DNA of 64,000 bases, taken from positions 1-64,000 of the forward strand of contig CDMY01000938.1 of assembly GCA_001179505.1 (NCBI GenBank), in the 5' to 3' direction. This document shows, in pieces, positions 24,701-36,621 of the stretch; position 1 is the first letter of the stretch, and each line of letters starts with the position of its first letter. The stretch is from Vitrella brassicaformis CCMP3155 (Eukaryota > Protista > Chromerida). A program made the position numbers and the translations under genes. The notes below the pieces were generated by a model. It ran no database searches, had not been told where the DNA came from, and saw nothing but the letters and a program-made list of their open reading frames with translations.

Positions 24701-26104
24701 AGCGGAAGAGCCTGACGCCGCTGGCGCGCTGGTCGTCGTCCGGGAGTATCCATGTGATGGGGAAGGCGGCGAGGAAGTCGACCCAGAACCAGGTCTTGAG
24801 GTAGTTGACGGCGATTGAGTGCGGGTTGAGCACCAGCACGTCGTCGCGGTAATAAGCGGTGAAGAAGTTAAGAACCAGGTCGCACATGAAATACACCGAT
24901 ATCGCCTTGTCGACGGTCGTCCTGCAGCCCCGTGGTTGACGACGGACACAGATGACGAGAGAGACAGAGACACCCACAACACGATCGATGGCGTGGCGTG
25001 TTGCCTGTTTGATGATTGATGTCTCGATCGCACCAGATGAATTCGGGGCTGGGCTCGAATGCGATGATGTAAGGTATTCTTAACGCTTCCCAAAGGATGA
25101 ACACGAAACCCAGAATGTCCCACAGCGCCCTCAACAGCCCGTCGGGATGCACAATCGGCACCGAAATCGTCCTGCTCACTCCGCACAGGGTGAAGTGGAT
25201 CGGTGTCCACGTGCGCGTCTTAATCTTCCTCGCGTCCTGATCTTCCTGCTCGTGCCTCAGGGATATCCCGTCCATCGTGGTCAGCGTAGCGCTCGACGCG
25301 CCCACCTGCGGCAAATGCCACTTGACCCTCGTCATGTCCTCCTCCACCCCTCCCTCCCCCTCTTTCAAAGGCTGCTTTGCCCCCGCTCTGTCCTCGATCA
25401 CCTCCTCCTCTCTCTCCATCTCCTTATACTTGACACCAGCACTGCTCAGCTGAGAGCCGAGACGATCCAGGCTGGTGGCAGGCCGCACTGGTTGGCTGAT
25501 GTCGTCATCTGCTGTGGCTGGAGGGGCTGCGCGGCCGCCTTGGGGAGGCAGTTGGACGACTGGCTGGGAGGAGATGGGGCGGGATGGCGGTGGGGAGGGG
25601 GGCGCGGAGGTGTGAGGGACACCTGGCAGCTGCCGCGCCAGGGAGGGGGACGACAGGCTGTTCACTTGCTCCGTCAACACATCGAGTCGGGAGCCAATCT
25701 GACATGCATGGTGGACCAGAGACAAGAAGCTGCAATGAATTGTTCTTGCGCATCACCCTGTCAGCTGACCTTGAGCACTTGGTCGAGTATCTTGTGCAGG
25801 AGCTCCTCCACATGCGGGCTGGTCTGCTGGGAGGGCGTGATGCCGCCGGTCGAGTAAGGGTAGTGTACCACCTCCGACTGCCTGGACGCTCGGTGCGCAT
25901 CGATGAAGAAAGACGAGCCCTGCAGCGCCACGCACGCATGCAACGACGCAACCAGCGGAATTATGGAGAGGGAACGTGTGCTCTGTTTGTTCCTTCATTC
26001 CATCAAGTAACCTGATGCACGTGTGTCGGCAGCTGGAGAGTCGACTTTCTGCCAGCGCCTGACGCCGGGCTGGCGGAGCCAGACGGACGTACGTGACTCC
26101 ACAT
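21738..26104 (-). CDS. Voltage-gated, cyclic-nucleotide-binding-domain cation channel (KCNH/HCN-like, K+ filter); multi-exon
   Basis: S1 LLRALWDILGFVFILWEALRIPYIIAF; S2-S3 FMCDLVLNFFTAYY..NYLKTWFWVDFLAAFP; S4 RLFRFLKFSRFIRAVKLLRLAKL; pore FTLTTMTTVGYG; C-linker IRRHLEYVW..LLPQLSLTLRRQV; CNBD GPGDVLFERGQIDDNVYFLTLGRL..YVGESVLW. Confidence 0.9.
23851..23898. repeat. (GACACACA)6 intronic tandem repeat
   Basis: Read directly; lies in the 3' half of a channel intron. Confidence 0.9.
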
Positions 26105-26241
26105 GAAGTGTGTTCGAGGTGGGGGCGGATGAGGGCAGACAAACCCGAGCTCGCACATGCATGCATCGCATTCCCTCCAAGGGAAGCTAAGGAAGGGAAG
26201 CATTGTCATCATCTCGTGTCCAACATGCACACACGGTCCAT

Positions 26242-28980
26242 TCATTCCCCATTCCTCCCATCTTCCAACCCCATCCCCGTTCCCTCTCTCCCCTCTCGCA
26301 GGGAGCCTCCCTGACCGCCCTCCTCCGCCAGGGACTCAGTCTGCATGCTATCATCCCGCATCTCCGGCTGCCCACCCTCATCTGCCCGTGGCTTCGGGGG
26401 CGCCGAGGGCGACCGGGATGACGGCATGCTCTCCTGCAGCCGGCGGCGCTGCGCCAAAGCATGGTCGAGTGTGGCGGTGAAGCGAGCGAACCTTGACTGG
26501 AAGTCGTGGAACTGCTCCTGCACGTTGGCGTATGAGAGGTTGTCCAGGCCAGCTGTGCAGATAGGTGAGGCAGAAGGCAGACAACAAAGTGTCTGTGGGC
26601 GCCCAGGTGGGTGGGTGGCTGGCGTGTGTGTGTGCCTACCTGAGTGTGATCTGTAGCTGGGCTCGGCTGTGGTGTGGGGGGATGTGGCAGCCTGCTGACG
26701 GACAAACGCATCAGCCACCTGCACCAAACACAAAAACCAAAGGCGTGCAGAGAAGGTAGGGGATGTGTTTTGTCGTCGGTCACCTTGATGAAGTGTTTGA
26801 GGTTGTAGCACTCGTGCCTGAAGCCCTCCAACTGGAACCAGTTCTCGCGCATGCACGCTGCCAGCCTGCACGCAGGCGTCAAGACGGCGGACGGATGGAC
26901 ACTTGGACAGACGTGCACTCCGTGTGTGTGCCATCCGCGTTCACCGCTTCTTGAGCAGGCTTATTCTTTTGTGATAGTGTTGGGTCTCCTCTGTTTGTTT
27001 CTTCTGCGCCTCTTCCAACTCGGCCTGCACAGCTCGCACGCACATGCAATGAATCCATGCAGCCATATCTGAGTGCATCCACTCGGCTTGGCTGACCTCT
27101 GCTCGGTGGAAGTTCCCACGAGCTTTGGCCTCCTCACTGTGGAAGGAACAATGGATGGATGGATGACCAAAATAAATGACATGCATAGGCGACTTACGCT
27201 CTGTATTTGCGTATGCGCTGCTGTGTTTGCTGCTCGGCCTTGGATATGGCAGCCTGCACACACACGTGTACGCCACGCCCGGGCATGACCTCCTCTCATA
27301 TGATCTGTGTGTTGTGTGTGGGGGTGCTCATCCCACCTCGGCCTTGGTGTGCACCTTGATGGCCACATCCCGCAGCTGACGGGACAGCTTGGCATTGTGC
27401 TCCTGAATGGATGCAGCAATCCGCACCATCTGTTTTGCCGTGTGTGTGTCCCCCTCGCCCAACTCACCTGCAGCTGATAGACCTCCTCCCGATAACGCCT
27501 CTCGAGATTCTCATGCGAGCCGCGGATACGCAGATAATCTGCAGCCATGGGAAATCGGCACATATACACCAGTGTCTGTTTGGATGTCTGTGTGCGTATG
27601 CGGCGCGGCACCTCACCCTGTGTGGTGGTCTGCAGCAGCCTTTCCGCCTGCTCCGCCCGCTGTGTATAGTCCTCTTTCTCGGCCCGGTGAGCCGCCGTGC
27701 CCAGCTGATACTCCTCCTCGCGGATGGCCCTGCACCACACACAGCCAGCCATCCAAACCATGGGCAAGGAATGCAATGCAGCCCGCTCGTTCTTTGCCTT
27801 GGCTGACCTCTCCTGTTTGAGCGCCTCCACAGAGCTGACATGGACCTCTTGCTGCAGACAAGGGATAATGGGGACAAGACAGGGCCACTTTCTCTGGAGT
27901 ACCGGCCGCTCTGACGGCATGCTGCTCCGTCTTTGCCGTACCTCTCGCTTGAGCTGCCTTTGGAGTGTTTCGATCCTCTCATACAGCGACGCAGCCTCGT
28001 CACACGGCAAATACACCTACACACGCCATCAACCACACCAAACACAAGCCATACACTCAGAACACTCGGATGCCCACAACGGTGATGGATACGGATGTGC
28101 TCACCACACGGATGGTCCCCCCCTCCCTCTCCCTCTCCACTCCCCTGGCGGCCGCGCGTGGCTTCCTCCCGTCCGGCCCGCCCTTGCCATGCTGCAGGGT
28201 TGCACCCGGCGACACCCGACCTGACGGCGTGCACGTGGGCGGCGTGGTGCCGAACGGATAGTGCGTCACCTTCTGGGCTCCAGGCTGCTGCTGCTGCTGC
28301 TGGTGGTGCTGCTGTGGGTCAGTCGTGTGGGTGTTGGGTGCGATTGGGTATGGGTGGAAGTAGGTGATCTCCTGCACGGACGGGGGGGAGATGGACAGGA
28401 GCGTATGCAGCTTGCGAGTCAGCTCTGTGACCTCCACTGATCGAAGAAGCGAGCAACGAAGGGATACCAGGTAAGTGAAGTGTGCCAGGGGATTGTGTGT
28501 CGTTGCGTTGCGTACGTCTGAGGTCGTCATTGTCCTGTGCAAGCCTGAGGCCCTTTTGCCGTTCCTGGAACAGCTTGTAGTTGCACTCCGTCAACGACTG
28601 CTGCAAATCACCCACCTGCAACACGCACAGCGCCATGACTGCTGCCCATGCCAACCAAGGGAGTGCTGTGCTGACTGACGCCCTGCCTACCTCCTTGACG
28701 CGTGTCTGTATCTCAGCCCGCAGCTTCTGCATCTCTTCCTGTGACACCTGGCACTTTTGCAGCTCATTCAGCCAGCCCTCTCGCTCGGCGCTAAACGAAT
28801 CTGCATCCATCGACGAACAAGCCACACGCAGCTAGCATTGCAAATGAGCGAGAAAACCTGATTCATCGAAAGCCGGGGGGTCTGACCTGATTTCTCTCGA
28901 TAGAAGGCGATGAGGCTGTCCTTGTCCATCTTCTCCAGGCCCTTCTCCTTCTTCCGAAGCTGCGCCGTACGGTGAGCCAT
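26242..28980 (-). CDS. CCDC77: Coiled-coil protein, CCDC77-like; multi-exon
   Basis: DSLIAFYREK; VGDLQQSLTECNYKLFQERQKGLRLAQDNDDLRR; KLHTLLSISPPSVQEITYFH; C-terminal KKRENWFQLEGFRHECYNLK. These parallel CCDC77 motifs ([42 protein letters not shown]), recalled rather than aligned. Confidence 0.7.
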
Positions 28981-29278
28981 GATGGATGGCCCGGCGGGCT
29001 ACTCAGCGACAAACGCACGCGATTCTCAGCTCAATACCTCTTCACGTCAATGTAAGTATCTCAATGCATTCCAACAACTGCATTCCAATCGCTCCATCAG
29101 CCAGAGGGCGGTTTCACGCAATGTCCCAAGTGGCCCGAAACGATTGGGGCTTGAGCACAAGGGACATCAAATACAAGGTGAACACTCATTCCTCGCAGGC
29201 CTCCTGTTTGATCTATTCTTTGCACTGCAGAAACGCACGCCAGTCTCTCCGCCGTGGGGGCATGTCCCGGTGAGTCGA

Positions 29279-30823
29279 ATGCTGGTGGCCATGTTGCTCT
29301 GGTGGTCAGCATTTCTTGCTTCATCTGCACTGGCGGTGCCGCTGCGGGGCGCCTATGACCTCAGCGTCAGACAGAGACAGATGCTGCCGCCAGGCAATCG
29401 ACGGAGAAGCAGAGTCAATCACCGTGGCTGAATCATGTCCTTCGTGTGGGGCTTGCTTCTCTTCTGCTCTGTGTGCTCGTTCAGCTCACCCGCTCGCAGT
29501 CGGCCAGCACACTAGAGACTCGGACATTGACACGGATGACGACATCTTTGACGAAGCAGACATCGTGATGCAGCCGTCCCCCCAACAGCCCCCCCAGTCA
29601 CCCAACGAGAAGGAAGCCCGAGAGCTAAAGCCGTCCGCGGAGGCCCTGGACGAGGACCCAGAAGAAGGAGAAGAGCTGGAGGACATCGCCAAACACATCG
29701 CAACAGCCTTTTTCGGGGAAGGAGGCTCTCCCGAGGCAAATCCAGCAGAGCCACCAAAGAAGGAGGAAGCGAAGAAGGCAGAAGGAGTCCAGGCGATCCC
29801 ACAGGACGAGACTGCGGACGGGTGCGACGAGGGGAAGCCAACACCTGAAGAAATGCGCAAGAGGGAGCAAAAGCTCCTCGATGAGATCAGGAAAGCTTCC
29901 CTCTCCAACCCCGCCACCGCCACCAACATCACCATGACCAGCCCTCCTCCGCCGCCGCCACCGAAGGACGACGAGTGTGAGACGCCCGCGCCAAAGGAGA
30001 AGGCACTTGAAGAGACGGCCGTCATTGGCGGGGAAACGGAGCAGCAACTGACCGAGACAGAGGGGGACAGCCACAGCCACAGCCACGGCCACAGCCACAG
30101 CCACAGCCACGAGGCACCGCCAGCAGCGGCCGCCAAACCCGAGAAAGAGCTGTCCGAGACGGAAGGCGAGGCGTCAGAAGAGGAGGAGAAGAAGCTGTCG
30201 GCCACGGAGGGGGAACCTGTCGAGAAGAAGGAAGAGGCCGTCGAGGAGAAGAAAGTCACAGGTTGACCGACACGACGGAAACAGACATATGTGGATGGAT
30301 GGATGTATGGGGAAGGCGGTATGCTCTCATGTTGGCAGTCAGTGGTGCGCTGCAGGTGGGGCGGCGGGCGGGTACGACGACTGCGAGCCCATTAGGCCCA
30401 AACTGGTACCCACAGCCAAGCCATACCCACTAGGCGACGACGGTACATCGCACACACAGAGGCAGAATCCGGTCGAAGTGCCGCCTGTCATCAGGTTGTG
30501 AACCCGAGAGTGCGTCTTCCCCTGCGAGCCTCAAGAAGGGCGAGGAACCCGGGGCGCCCAAGGAAGAGCCCAAGACGGTACCTGGTGCACAGCCGCAGCA
30601 ACCGAAAGGTCCTGGTGGCGGCAAAGGTAGGTATCCACACGACAGACATAGACCGAATACACCCAACCGAATACACCCATACCCACGGCTGACGTGATGC
30701 CACCAACTGTCGATTTACTTGCCGTCCCTTCTGGTTGTGCTTGTGTGTGCAGCGGCTGGTCTGAGTCCCTCCATCTCCACGCTGACGATCGTCGCTCTCG
30801 TCACTTTGTTCATGCGAACGTGA
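29279..30823 (+). CDS. Secreted acidic low-complexity protein with predicted GPI-anchor signal; 5 exons
   Basis: Signal peptide MLVAMLLWWSAFLASSALA. Glu/Pro/Ala-rich body with a (HS/HG)7 tract. Four consistent phase-1 introns give the C-terminus GGKAAGLSPSISTLTIVALVTLFMRT*. Confidence 0.75.
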
Positions 30824-31257
30824 GTCATAGATAAGAGAGAGACACAACACATGGCCGCCCGTGAGTGAATTAATGGCTGAGAAGACCGCATGGGATGGAA
30901 CCAACTCACTGGATTGCCTCAACCATTGACAAGTGACGGCATGGCGCTGCGTGATGGCATTCGATTCATCTGCCAAAGTGGCGCCTCCTTGGCGTCTAAG
31001 TTCATCCTAACCAGCTCTTGTGTCGGTGGTCTTGTGTCGGTAAAGGGCAGACACCGACCACATTCACTCACCGAAAGCATTCATAAAGATTCGGCTGTGC
31101 TACAGACACAGAAAGGGGGCCGACCATCCGGATTCAGCGTCGTGTGTGTGTCTGCACATCCCGTCATTTCCCCCAGCTGCACGGGGGTGTCTTGTCCAAT
31201 TTCCACATACATCTCTTCGGGCCACTATACTTGCGGCCGTCACGGTATTCGACCACG

Positions 31258-31981
31258 TCACCTCCTGACATTCACACCAGAACCGTACGTGATGCCGCAC
31301 TCATATGCTGCAATGCGTGAGGCTGGCAGCATGCTCCCTGTGTGTCACATACATACCGGCCGAACTGTCGTTGTCGTAGTAGGTGGGAGACATGAGGATC
31401 TTGTCGTCGCCGCCCTTCGTCCACTTCACCTGCAATGCAGTGCATGGTCGATCGACACATACAATCATAAGTGGCTGAATCCATGGAGGTGTCGCGGTCA
31501 AGGCAAGGCTTGCCTTCGCGCCTGTGTATCCGGGGTCACAGAGTATGAGAGGGGCCGGGTTCAGGCCGTAGCCGGTGACGGCGCACACCCTGGTGAAAGG
31601 GCACGTGTTGACGCTACCACCCCCGCCATCGGCGGGACACTCTGCAAGCACAAGCAGTGGAGGGACGTCGACAGGCCAGCACCCGCCCACTGATGCGTCA
31701 GCTGCCAGGCACACCACCACGCCGGGGTCAGTATGTGTCTTACTGTAGCCAATACCCGTAGCCAATCTTCTTGATGTCATCGAGGGTGACACCACACAGC
31801 TTGGTACTGCCGCCTGGCAGTGCAGAGGCCAGGAGAGATTGCACACATACAGTCAGTAGTCGCCACATGCCCGACCGCTCATTCAGTTCATGTGTGGACC
31901 CCGGAATCCGATGATGTGTGCGGTGCACTGGCCGACGACACAGCCCACGATGACCACTGCAATGAGAGACACACTCGTCAT
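31258..31981 (-). CDS. Small secreted hypothetical protein; multi-exon
   Basis: Signal-like MTSVSLIAVVIVGCVVGQCTA at 31981. Exons GSTKLCGVTLDDIKKIGYGYW, VNTCPFTRVCAVTGYGLNPAPLILCDPGY, VKWTKGGDDKILMSPTYYDND, YECGITYGSG. Exon joins and 3' end uncertain. Confidence 0.5.
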
Positions 31982-32475
31982 CTTGACTCGACGTGGCGCC
32001 GGGGGACACTGAAAATGAGGAGGACACGATGCAGAGTCGACCACGGACGGCGACCGTCAAGTCTCGAGGGCTGTCGCTTACGGCTGATGCAGCTTGCTTG
32101 ACGCAGGGGACCTGAAAAGGGATGGGAAATAGGATCTGCGGAGGACAGGCGAGAGGCGAGACGCCTGCGCCCCACATCAGGCCCCCAGGCATGCAAACTG
32201 GCCGGGACGTGATCTTTAAGATCTTTGAAGATCTTCAATTGCAAGGTCTCTGTCCTTGTTCCGGTCAGCGACGCGTGCAGGTAATCTCTAACTACCTGCA
32301 CTACTCTCTATAGGCATTCCCACTCCATCGATGGAGCCTGCCTGCCTTCCTCCTTCGTTATCCACAGATCTTCGCTGCTGCGATGCATTCCGCCGACAGA
32401 TGACTGTCCGCCGCATGGACAGAGACAGATAGACGGCTGACCGCCGAGACACCCAAACCACACACGGGCTGGTAG

Positions 32476-35400
32476 CTAGTGGCGTCGCACCTTGGACGCC
32501 TTCTGGATGAACGCCGCCGCCAAGTCCTCACCTACACGCATCCAGACATCAGACAGTGGTCCATGAGTGCCTGTGTGCGAGAGTGGAGGGAGACACATGC
32601 TCCCTCTCCTCTCTCACCGTTGAGTATCTTGAGGGCCTCCTGCAACGACTCGATTTCCTCCTTGCGGCGCGCCACACGGTCCTCATAACTCACACTGAAC
32701 AACAAAGAAGGAGGGGAGACACAACAGACGGCAAGATGCGCGGAAGGTATGGACTGGATGCGATGCCTTCTCGTCGTTGGTGTGCTGTGCTGCACAGCAC
32801 ACACCTGGTGTCAACGCATGCGGGCTTGAGCTTCTCGTAGTAGGCCAGGGCGGCGTCCAGCTCCTTCTGTGCACCTTCATGGTCCTAAACACACACATAC
32901 ACACACACATACAGATGCATGGACAAGAGGATCGGTGAGAGTGCGGCTGGCGTGTGCAGCTGTCGGCTGACCGACCTGTATCTTCTCCTGTTTGTCACCC
33001 TCGAGTGTGTGTTTCTTCTCAGTCTTGTCCTCGATGTCCTTCTCCATGGTCGCCTTGTTGACCTGAGACTCCATCATAAACTAACACACACACACACACA
33101 TGGAGGAGTCACTGCATCCATTTCTCTCTCGTTCGATTACCGATAGGTAGTCTTTCGAGGCTTGCTCCTCATCTGCTTTCGTCTCCGTCTCAAGTCTGCA
33201 TCAACCGACCAACACACCCCACACACATATACACACACGATGTGCGTGTGTACGTCTTCCCCCCCACACCCAGCAATCCAGCCGCCCACCTGGCAAAGTC
33301 GGATTGGATGACCTCGAGCATGGCGACCACGCCGCCCTTGCCTCCTTGCCCACCGCCCTTGAACGACTCGTCCCACGTCATGGGTGCGTCCGCCTCGGGT
33401 GTCTGGTACAGGGCTGACTTGAGCTGCAGGAACGCTGTCGCCTCGCCGGCCTTGGCGTAGAATTCCTTGAGGATGGTCAGCGCCTGGGCGACGGCAGTTT
33501 GGGCCTCCTGGGCATCTGGGGGACACACACAGCACAGCGAGAGGAACCAGGATGTCTCTCTGTCCCTTTGTGTTTGTGGGTAGCTAAGGGCGCGTACGTA
33601 CCGGCGATGGTTTGTTTGTTGGTTTCCTTCTCCTTTTGTCGGTGTTCGCTCGCCTTGGCCATGGCAGCCTCCAGCTCGCTGAGCTCACTGGTGGTGTCCG
33701 CGACCTCCTGCGCCAGCTTGTTGATGTTGGCAGTCAGCTCCTCGACCTCGGATGCCAATGTGTCCACCTCATCGCTGATTTGGACACACACACACACACA
33801 CACAGAGGGAGAAAGGCGTGTGTCTTGGTATTCTGGGGGTCTGGGGGTCGGCTGTATGCTGACCTTTTGCTCTTTCTGGTCTGTTCGTTGGCCTTGAGCT
33901 CAGTGTCGCACCAGCCCTTGTGCTCCGCCTCGGCATTGGCCTCCTCCTACACACCAATGGCCAACCAACACACACAACACACCCCACACACACTCGCGCC
34001 AATGCAGCTGATGTGTGTGTGTGCGTGTGTGCGGTGGTGGGTTACCATGAGTCGCACGATGAGGTCCTGGATCATCTTCTTGACTTTGGTGAATGGGTCG
34101 TCTGCCACCTTGGCGGACAAGGAGAGCAGGACCGACGAGTTGAGCTTCTCGGCACGGGTGCGCAGGAACTCCGCAACGGTCGTCTGCACCGCACGGCGGG
34201 ACTTGGAGCCAACCTGAACCATGCATGAGCCCATGACGCACACACACTTGGGGGTGGGGTGTGGGGGTATGTGTGTCGCTGCATTGTTGTCACCTGGATG
34301 AATGAGGTGGCCTTGACGGCGTGGGCGTGTCCTCTGTTCTTCTGGATGAGTGTGGGTGTCTGCACCAGGGTGGGCAGGTACTTCTCCGCGTGTGGCTTGA
34401 CGGTCGACTCCAGGACGTCAATGGCCTGCGTCACCGCCTCAATCTCCTCACCACGCAGCTGCACACACACAACACACAACACACACACACACACAACACA
34501 GAGCAATACCGCCACCCACTCTTTGCCCTCCCCCTCCCCCCACAACGCACCTTTTGTCTCGACTCAAATTCCTGGTTCTTGGTCTCACACTGCGCCTTAA
34601 GGTCGGTGAGGTACTTCTTGTCACCCTCATACGTCTGTGTGGTATCGGCGAGCTCGCCCTTCCTGTCGCCGGCGTTCCGCAGCTTCCTGCCCCGCACCTC
34701 TGTCTTCTGGTCGCGGCTCTTTGTGGCCGTGGCGATGGAGTTCTGGAGGTCTTGCGAGAGCATCTCGTAGGCGTGACGGGCGTTGGCCTGCACACAAAGG
34801 AAGGGCGGAGGGCGCATTCATTGTGTGGGGTGTGGGGTGGGGTGTGCGCTGATGTGGGGTACCTCTTCTTTCTCGAGTTGGGTGCGTTCGTCGATGAATT
34901 TGTCGAGGAGCTTCTCGAGCATGTCGGTGACCCCACCACTTTGGAACTCATATGCATGCGCCTCGGGGGCCTTATACCTACACCACACACACACACAGAC
35001 ATGGATGCATCTCTGCTCTGCACGCGTAGATGTCTCCTGTCTGTGTGTGTATGTGTGTTAGCTACCCCAGTCCAGTGGCTGCTGGTGGCTCCTGTGCCGA
35101 CTGCAGGAATGCGTCGATGTCGGTGCGGGCCGCGGCGGGCAGCTTGGTGCGGAGCGTCTGCAGCAGCGATGCCGCCTGGGCGCGGTTGAAGCTCTGCTCC
35201 TTCAGGACTTTGATGGCACGCTCCAACGCGTCAATGGACTCGGAATAATCTGTTTTCGCCATACAGGACACACAACAGACAGACACAGATGCGGTCAATG
35301 GAGGCATAGATCTTCCTCAGATCTCCCTGTCCTGTTTGCCCACCTTTGTGTGTGGCGACAAAGTCGGTGTTCTCGTGTTCTCGGATCTCAGTGGCGTCCT

Positions 35401-36021
35401 TGTGGTCGGCGTCCCACGTGGCTATGTCGGCGTCGTGCTGCTGGATCTCCTTGGCCAGCCGCTTGGCGTGGGCCTCGAACTTGCCGATCTGGGCCTCAAG
35501 GGTCTCCATGAGAGTCCTGCACAGTGTAGGTGGACATGGGTACGCGTAGATCTACAGATACATCCATCTGTGGAGGGATATCATGGCTGGCTTACGTGGC
35601 TTCCTTGATGGCGGCGTCCTTGGTGGCAGATGTGTCGATGCACCACTGCTTGTAGGCCGCAAAGGCCAGCTCCTCTTCCTTCTTCTCCTTCTCGCCCTGA
35701 GATAGACACGCCTGCACACACACCGCACCACCCGCAGAGAAGGAAAGATCTCAAGATCTCTCTCCCAGGCGGCAGCTGGAGAGATCTGTGGCAGATCTGT
35801 TGTGCAGAGGCCATCCATCCAGCGCACCTTGAGCATCTCGATGACCTTGACCGTCGGCGTCACGGCAGCCTGCACCACATCATCAACCGTGGAGGCGTGT
35901 GTAGTCCCGACGTGCTGCGGCGGGTGCGGTGGGAGTCGTGCGTGTCGGTGAGTGATACCTTGTACTTGAGGAGGACGGCCGAGCTGACGGCGACGAAAAC
36001 CAACGAGAGCAAGACCTTCAT
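32476..36021 (-). CDS. Secreted, internally duplicated coiled-coil protein of the myzozoan trichocyst-matrix-like type; multi-exon
   Basis: Signal MKVLLSLVFVAVSSAVLL. Two parallel halves (VTPTVKVIEML..YKQWC..SGGVTDMLEKL / DDPFTKVKKMIQDL..HKGWCD..GGVVAMLEVI). Ends YEDRVARRKEEIESLQEALKILNGEDLAAAFIQKASKVRRH*. Confidence 0.8.
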
Positions 36022-36239
36022 CCTGAAAATGCGGGCAAAGAATTGGGCAAGGAAGGTCCGTAAACACAGGACGCCGTTTCTTCTTGGCCAGCATCCGTCT
36101 CCGCCCCCACCGGTCCCCCCGCCCCCACCTGCCTCTTCGCCGTCTCACCGCGCAACTACAGTCCCGCGCTGATTTTTAGTCCTGAGAAAGGCCTGTGATG
36201 CGCCCACAAGTGACAAGGCAGCCTGGCAGATCCCTGCCA

Positions 36240-36386
36240 GGCAGATCCCTCTAGCTTCGTCATCCCAATTCTCTTGCCGGTGTGTGTGCGTGTGTGTCCG
36301 CAGCAGCCTCGCTTCCACGTGACTCATCCCGCCCGTGAGATCTGACGATGTCTGGAGCCTCTGACGTGCACCAGCAGCAGCCCAGC
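36240..36386 (+). pseudogene. 5' fragment homologous to the start of the ankyrin-like gene at 60113
   Basis: 36335-36386 matches 60100-60145, including an exact 20-mer gtgagatctgacgatgtctg. 36240-36280 resembles 60064-60100. It encodes MSGASDVHQQQPS versus MSDSEVHQQPS. Confidence 0.6.
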
Positions 36387-36395
36387 ACGATGGAA

Positions 36396-36436
36396 TTTAC
36401 AGGGTTCGGGGTCAGGGTTTGGGCTTCAGGGTTTCA
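36396..36436 (+). repeat. Degenerate telomere-like TT(T/C)AGGG tract
   Basis: tttacaggg-ttcgggg-tcaggg-tttggg-cttcaggg-tttca. Confidence 0.5.
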
Positions 36437-36621
36437 AGCTGCCGAAAGGAACGACGAATGAGAGGTGATAGAGGTGATAGAGGTGATACATAACATTCGT
36501 GTGAGACCCTGTCTGTCTTTGACTGCATGGCTGTTCACGTCAACTCCGATCCACAGAGGCACGCACCCCATCCAATCCATGCGTATAGCGTCCATGCATC
36601 CATCATGCGTGGGTTGGATAG

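Noticed and set aside
26961-28016. 351-aa ORF as an independent gene
   Set aside because: Read-through of several CCDC77-like exons and introns; contains intron-derived VC/TH repeats.
14205-29000. CFAP57, channel and CCDC77 as a functional flagellar gene cluster
   Set aside because: Adjacency of three genes is not evidence of co-regulation without expression data.
29486-30259. 257-aa Ser/Phe-rich minus-strand ORF with a WL repeat
   Set aside because: Antisense of the Glu/Lys-rich exon and the HS repeat.
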